A stretch of 64,000 bases of DNA from an uncultured Verrucomicrobiota bacterium. GTDB taxonomy: Bacteria; Verrucomicrobiota; Verrucomicrobiia; Limisphaerales; UBA8199. Position 1 is the first letter of the stretch. Every line of letters starts with the position of its first letter. The stretch covers positions 65,646 to 129,645 of the forward strand of contig CAZZFF010000001.1 of assembly GCA_964653485.1 (NCBI GenBank), read 5' to 3'. The notes below the pieces were generated by a model. That model saw only the letters and a program-made list of their open reading frames with translations. It made no database searches and was not told where the DNA came from. The translations under genes and the position numbers were made by a program. Below, one piece after another: positions 62,419 to 64,000 of this stretch.

Positions 62419-63983
62419 ACGGTTTGGACCTGATGAATTTGTCGTGTTACTACGTGGAGATTGGCCAGGATCGGCTCGGAGCCCTCGCAGGGCAGGCCGG
62501 GCTGGAGTTGCCGCTGGAGCGCCAGGCCGATGGGCGGCTGACGGCCGCGTGCCGGGAACAGGTGACGCGGCGACTGCAAGTCTTTTTGAGGAAGCGCCCC
62601 TGGCAGCCGCGGGTGCGCGTGGTTTGCGCCCTTGGCGCCAGGGGAGTCACCCTGCGGCGGCTGACTCTGCCGGCATCCACACGAGAGGATGCGCCACGGC
62701 TGCTCTCGCTGCAAATTGAGAGCGCGTTTCCCTTGCCCCCTGACGAGCTGGCCTGGGGGTACGGCAGGCTTGGCCACGACCAACCCTCCTCCGACGTTCC
62801 CGATGGCAAACAGGAATTCCTCGTGGCCGCCGTCAAGCGCAAGGCGCTGGAGGACTACCTCGACATCTTCACCGCCTGCGGAGCCAATCCCGTGTTTACG
62901 CTGGCGGCCCTGGCCCGGAGCTATGTCTGTCCGCAGACCCCGGCTGCATACGCGGTGCTCGATCTCGGCCCGCACTCTTCCGAGCTGGCCATTTTCGAGG
63001 ACGGTCTTCCCACGGCGGTTCGGGTCTTGCCATGGGGCGGCCAAGACGGCCAGACGGCCTCCGGGGCGCCTCCGGCGGCGGCCTTGGACCGCCTGGCGCA
63101 CTCGCTCGACGGCGAGTTGGGGGCGCGGAAGGTGTACGTTACGGGCGGCGCCGGCTGGCCTTCGGACATCGCGTCCCGTTTGAGCGCGGCCTTGGGCGAC
63201 GGGGCGAAATGCGAGGCGGTGAAGCTCGCCCCGGGAGAGGGCCGCTCCGCGGCTCTGCTCGGCCTCAGGCAAGCCATCGAGCAGGACGGCGGCTGGCCCT
63301 CGCTCGTGCTGAAGACCAAAGTGACCAACGGGAGCGCGCGCGTGGCGCGGCCCGCCCCCTTGAGGTGGGCGGCCTTGGCGGCGGTCCTGGCCCTGGCCGC
63401 TTTGGCCGCCCCTTATGCGGAAGCCCTGCTCTTCAAATCGCGCCTGGCCGGCAAGCTGACGGCCGTTAAGCAGGAGAAAGGGAAGCTCGCCACGGTGGAT
63501 CGCGAACTTGAGTTCCTTCACTACCTGAAGCAAGACCAGCCGGCCTATCTGGACGTGTTGTTCATCATGGCCAACGCCGCCCCGCCCGGAACGCGCTTTG
63601 ACACGCTCTCGATGAACCGTCGCGGAGAGGTCTCCGTGCGGGGTTCCATCAAGGACTCGCAGCAATTGGCCGACTTTCGCTCCAACCTCCTCGGCACGAG
63701 CTGCTTCACCAATGTGGTGGTCGAGGAACAGTCCCCGACCCCGGACCGGCAGAAACTCACGTTGCGGATGAGCGCCCAATGGAACGCGGCAGGCGGTCGC
63801 GAGGGGTTGGCGGGCGTGGTGGCCTCGAGTGAAGCTGCCAAGCCAAAGGCGGCCGGAAAAAAAGCGCAGCCTGCCGGGCCTGCTCCAAACGCCGTCAAGT
63901 CCGCCCCGCCCGGTGGCGCCAACCTCCCCCGCCGCGCGGGACCCGCCGCCTCGTCCCAAGTCCCCGGTCCATCGTCCCCCTAG
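62415..63983 (+). CDS. PilM-like (actin-fold) protein fused to a TM segment and PilN/GspL-like C-terminal part, with Ala/Pro-rich tail
   Basis: VRVVCALGARGVTLRRLTLP...FLVAAVKRKALEDYLDIFTACG...YAVLDLGPHSSELAIF; TM WAALAAVLALAALAAPY; then LEFLHYLKQDQPAYLDVLFIMANAAPPG. Confidence 0.7.
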   Translation: MNGLDLMNLSCYYVEIGQDRLGALAGQAGLELPLERQADGRLTAACREQVTRRLQVFLRKRPWQPRVRVVCALGARGVTLRRLTLPASTREDAPRLLSLQIESAFPLPPDELAWGYGRLGHDQPSSDVPDGKQEFLVAAVKRKALEDYLDIFTACGANPVFTLAALARSYVCPQTPAAYAVLDLGPHSSELAIFEDGLPTAVRVLPWGGQDGQTASGAPPAAALDRLAHSLDGELGARKVYVTGGAGWPSDIASRLSAALGDGAKCEAVKLAPGEGRSAALLGLRQAIEQDGGWPSLVLKTKVTNGSARVARPAPLRWAALAAVLALAALAAPYAEALLFKSRLAGKLTAVKQEKGKLATVDRELEFLHYLKQDQPAYLDVLFIMANAAPPGTRFDTLSMNRRGEVSVRGSIKDSQQLADFRSNLLGTSCFTNVVVEEQSPTPDRQKLTLRMSAQWNAAGGREGLAGVVASSEAAKPKAAGKKAQPAGPAPNAVKSAPPGGANLPRRAGPAASSQVPGPSSP

Positions 63984-64000
63984 CCTATGCGCACCTTGAC

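Noticed and set aside
56252-63959. Antisense ORFs in the secretion operon (56252-57217, 57673-58740, 61566-62390, 62397-63959)
   Set aside because: The sense strand encodes recognisable GspE/F/G/K and PilM-like proteins with overlapping start/stop coupling. The antisense frames are Arg/Pro/Gly-rich.

Overview
This is a GC-rich 64 kb window, probably from a Verrucomicrobiota-like genome. That assignment is an inference from the GloVer (Gloeobacter/Verrucomicrobia) tandem repeats, BspA-type LRR surface proteins, HEAT and choice-of-anchor proteins, and a gspEFGHIJK-like operon.

The window has three parts.

(1) 0-34 kb is a heavily rearranged accessory mosaic.
- It holds nuclease genes (partial HNH, membrane-anchored Mrr) and many truncated or frameshifted genes. 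These include two resolvase 3' fragments, a GloVer-repeat fragment, a RecD2 N-terminal fragment, two cpYpsA/SLOG fragments and three pieces of DUF72.
- It also holds three of the four secreted proteins that share a C-terminal ~65-aa domain ending in RFYR; the fourth is at 53.7 kb.
- A ~190-nt structured leader occurs twice, inside a cluster of GTCAA/TTGAC palindromes.

(2) About 33-53 kb is mostly unknown genes with the flavour of an integrase-less satellite or mobilizable element.
- The minus strand carries an excisionase-like HTH, a VirE_N/PriCT-2 primase, an AAA_25 helicase and a Zn-ribbon protein.
- The plus strand carries cargo: a nucleotidyltransferase, an AAA+ ATPase operon behind a repeated 35-nt upstream motif, and small proteins sharing a GEDPKDFLRRM peptide motif.
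- The block also contains def, an ankyrin-HTH protein and a sigma-like gene, and it ends at tRNA-Val(GAC).

(3) 55.6-64 kb is a type II secretion / type IV pilus-like operon (E, F, G, H, I, J, K, PilM-N fusion). A heptanucleotide tandem repeat lies inside an unusually long leader of the major pseudopilin.

I saw no rRNA, CRISPR array, intact integrase or transposase. All calls come from reading the translations by eye. No searches were run, so family names are recognitions from memory and gene starts are approximate.
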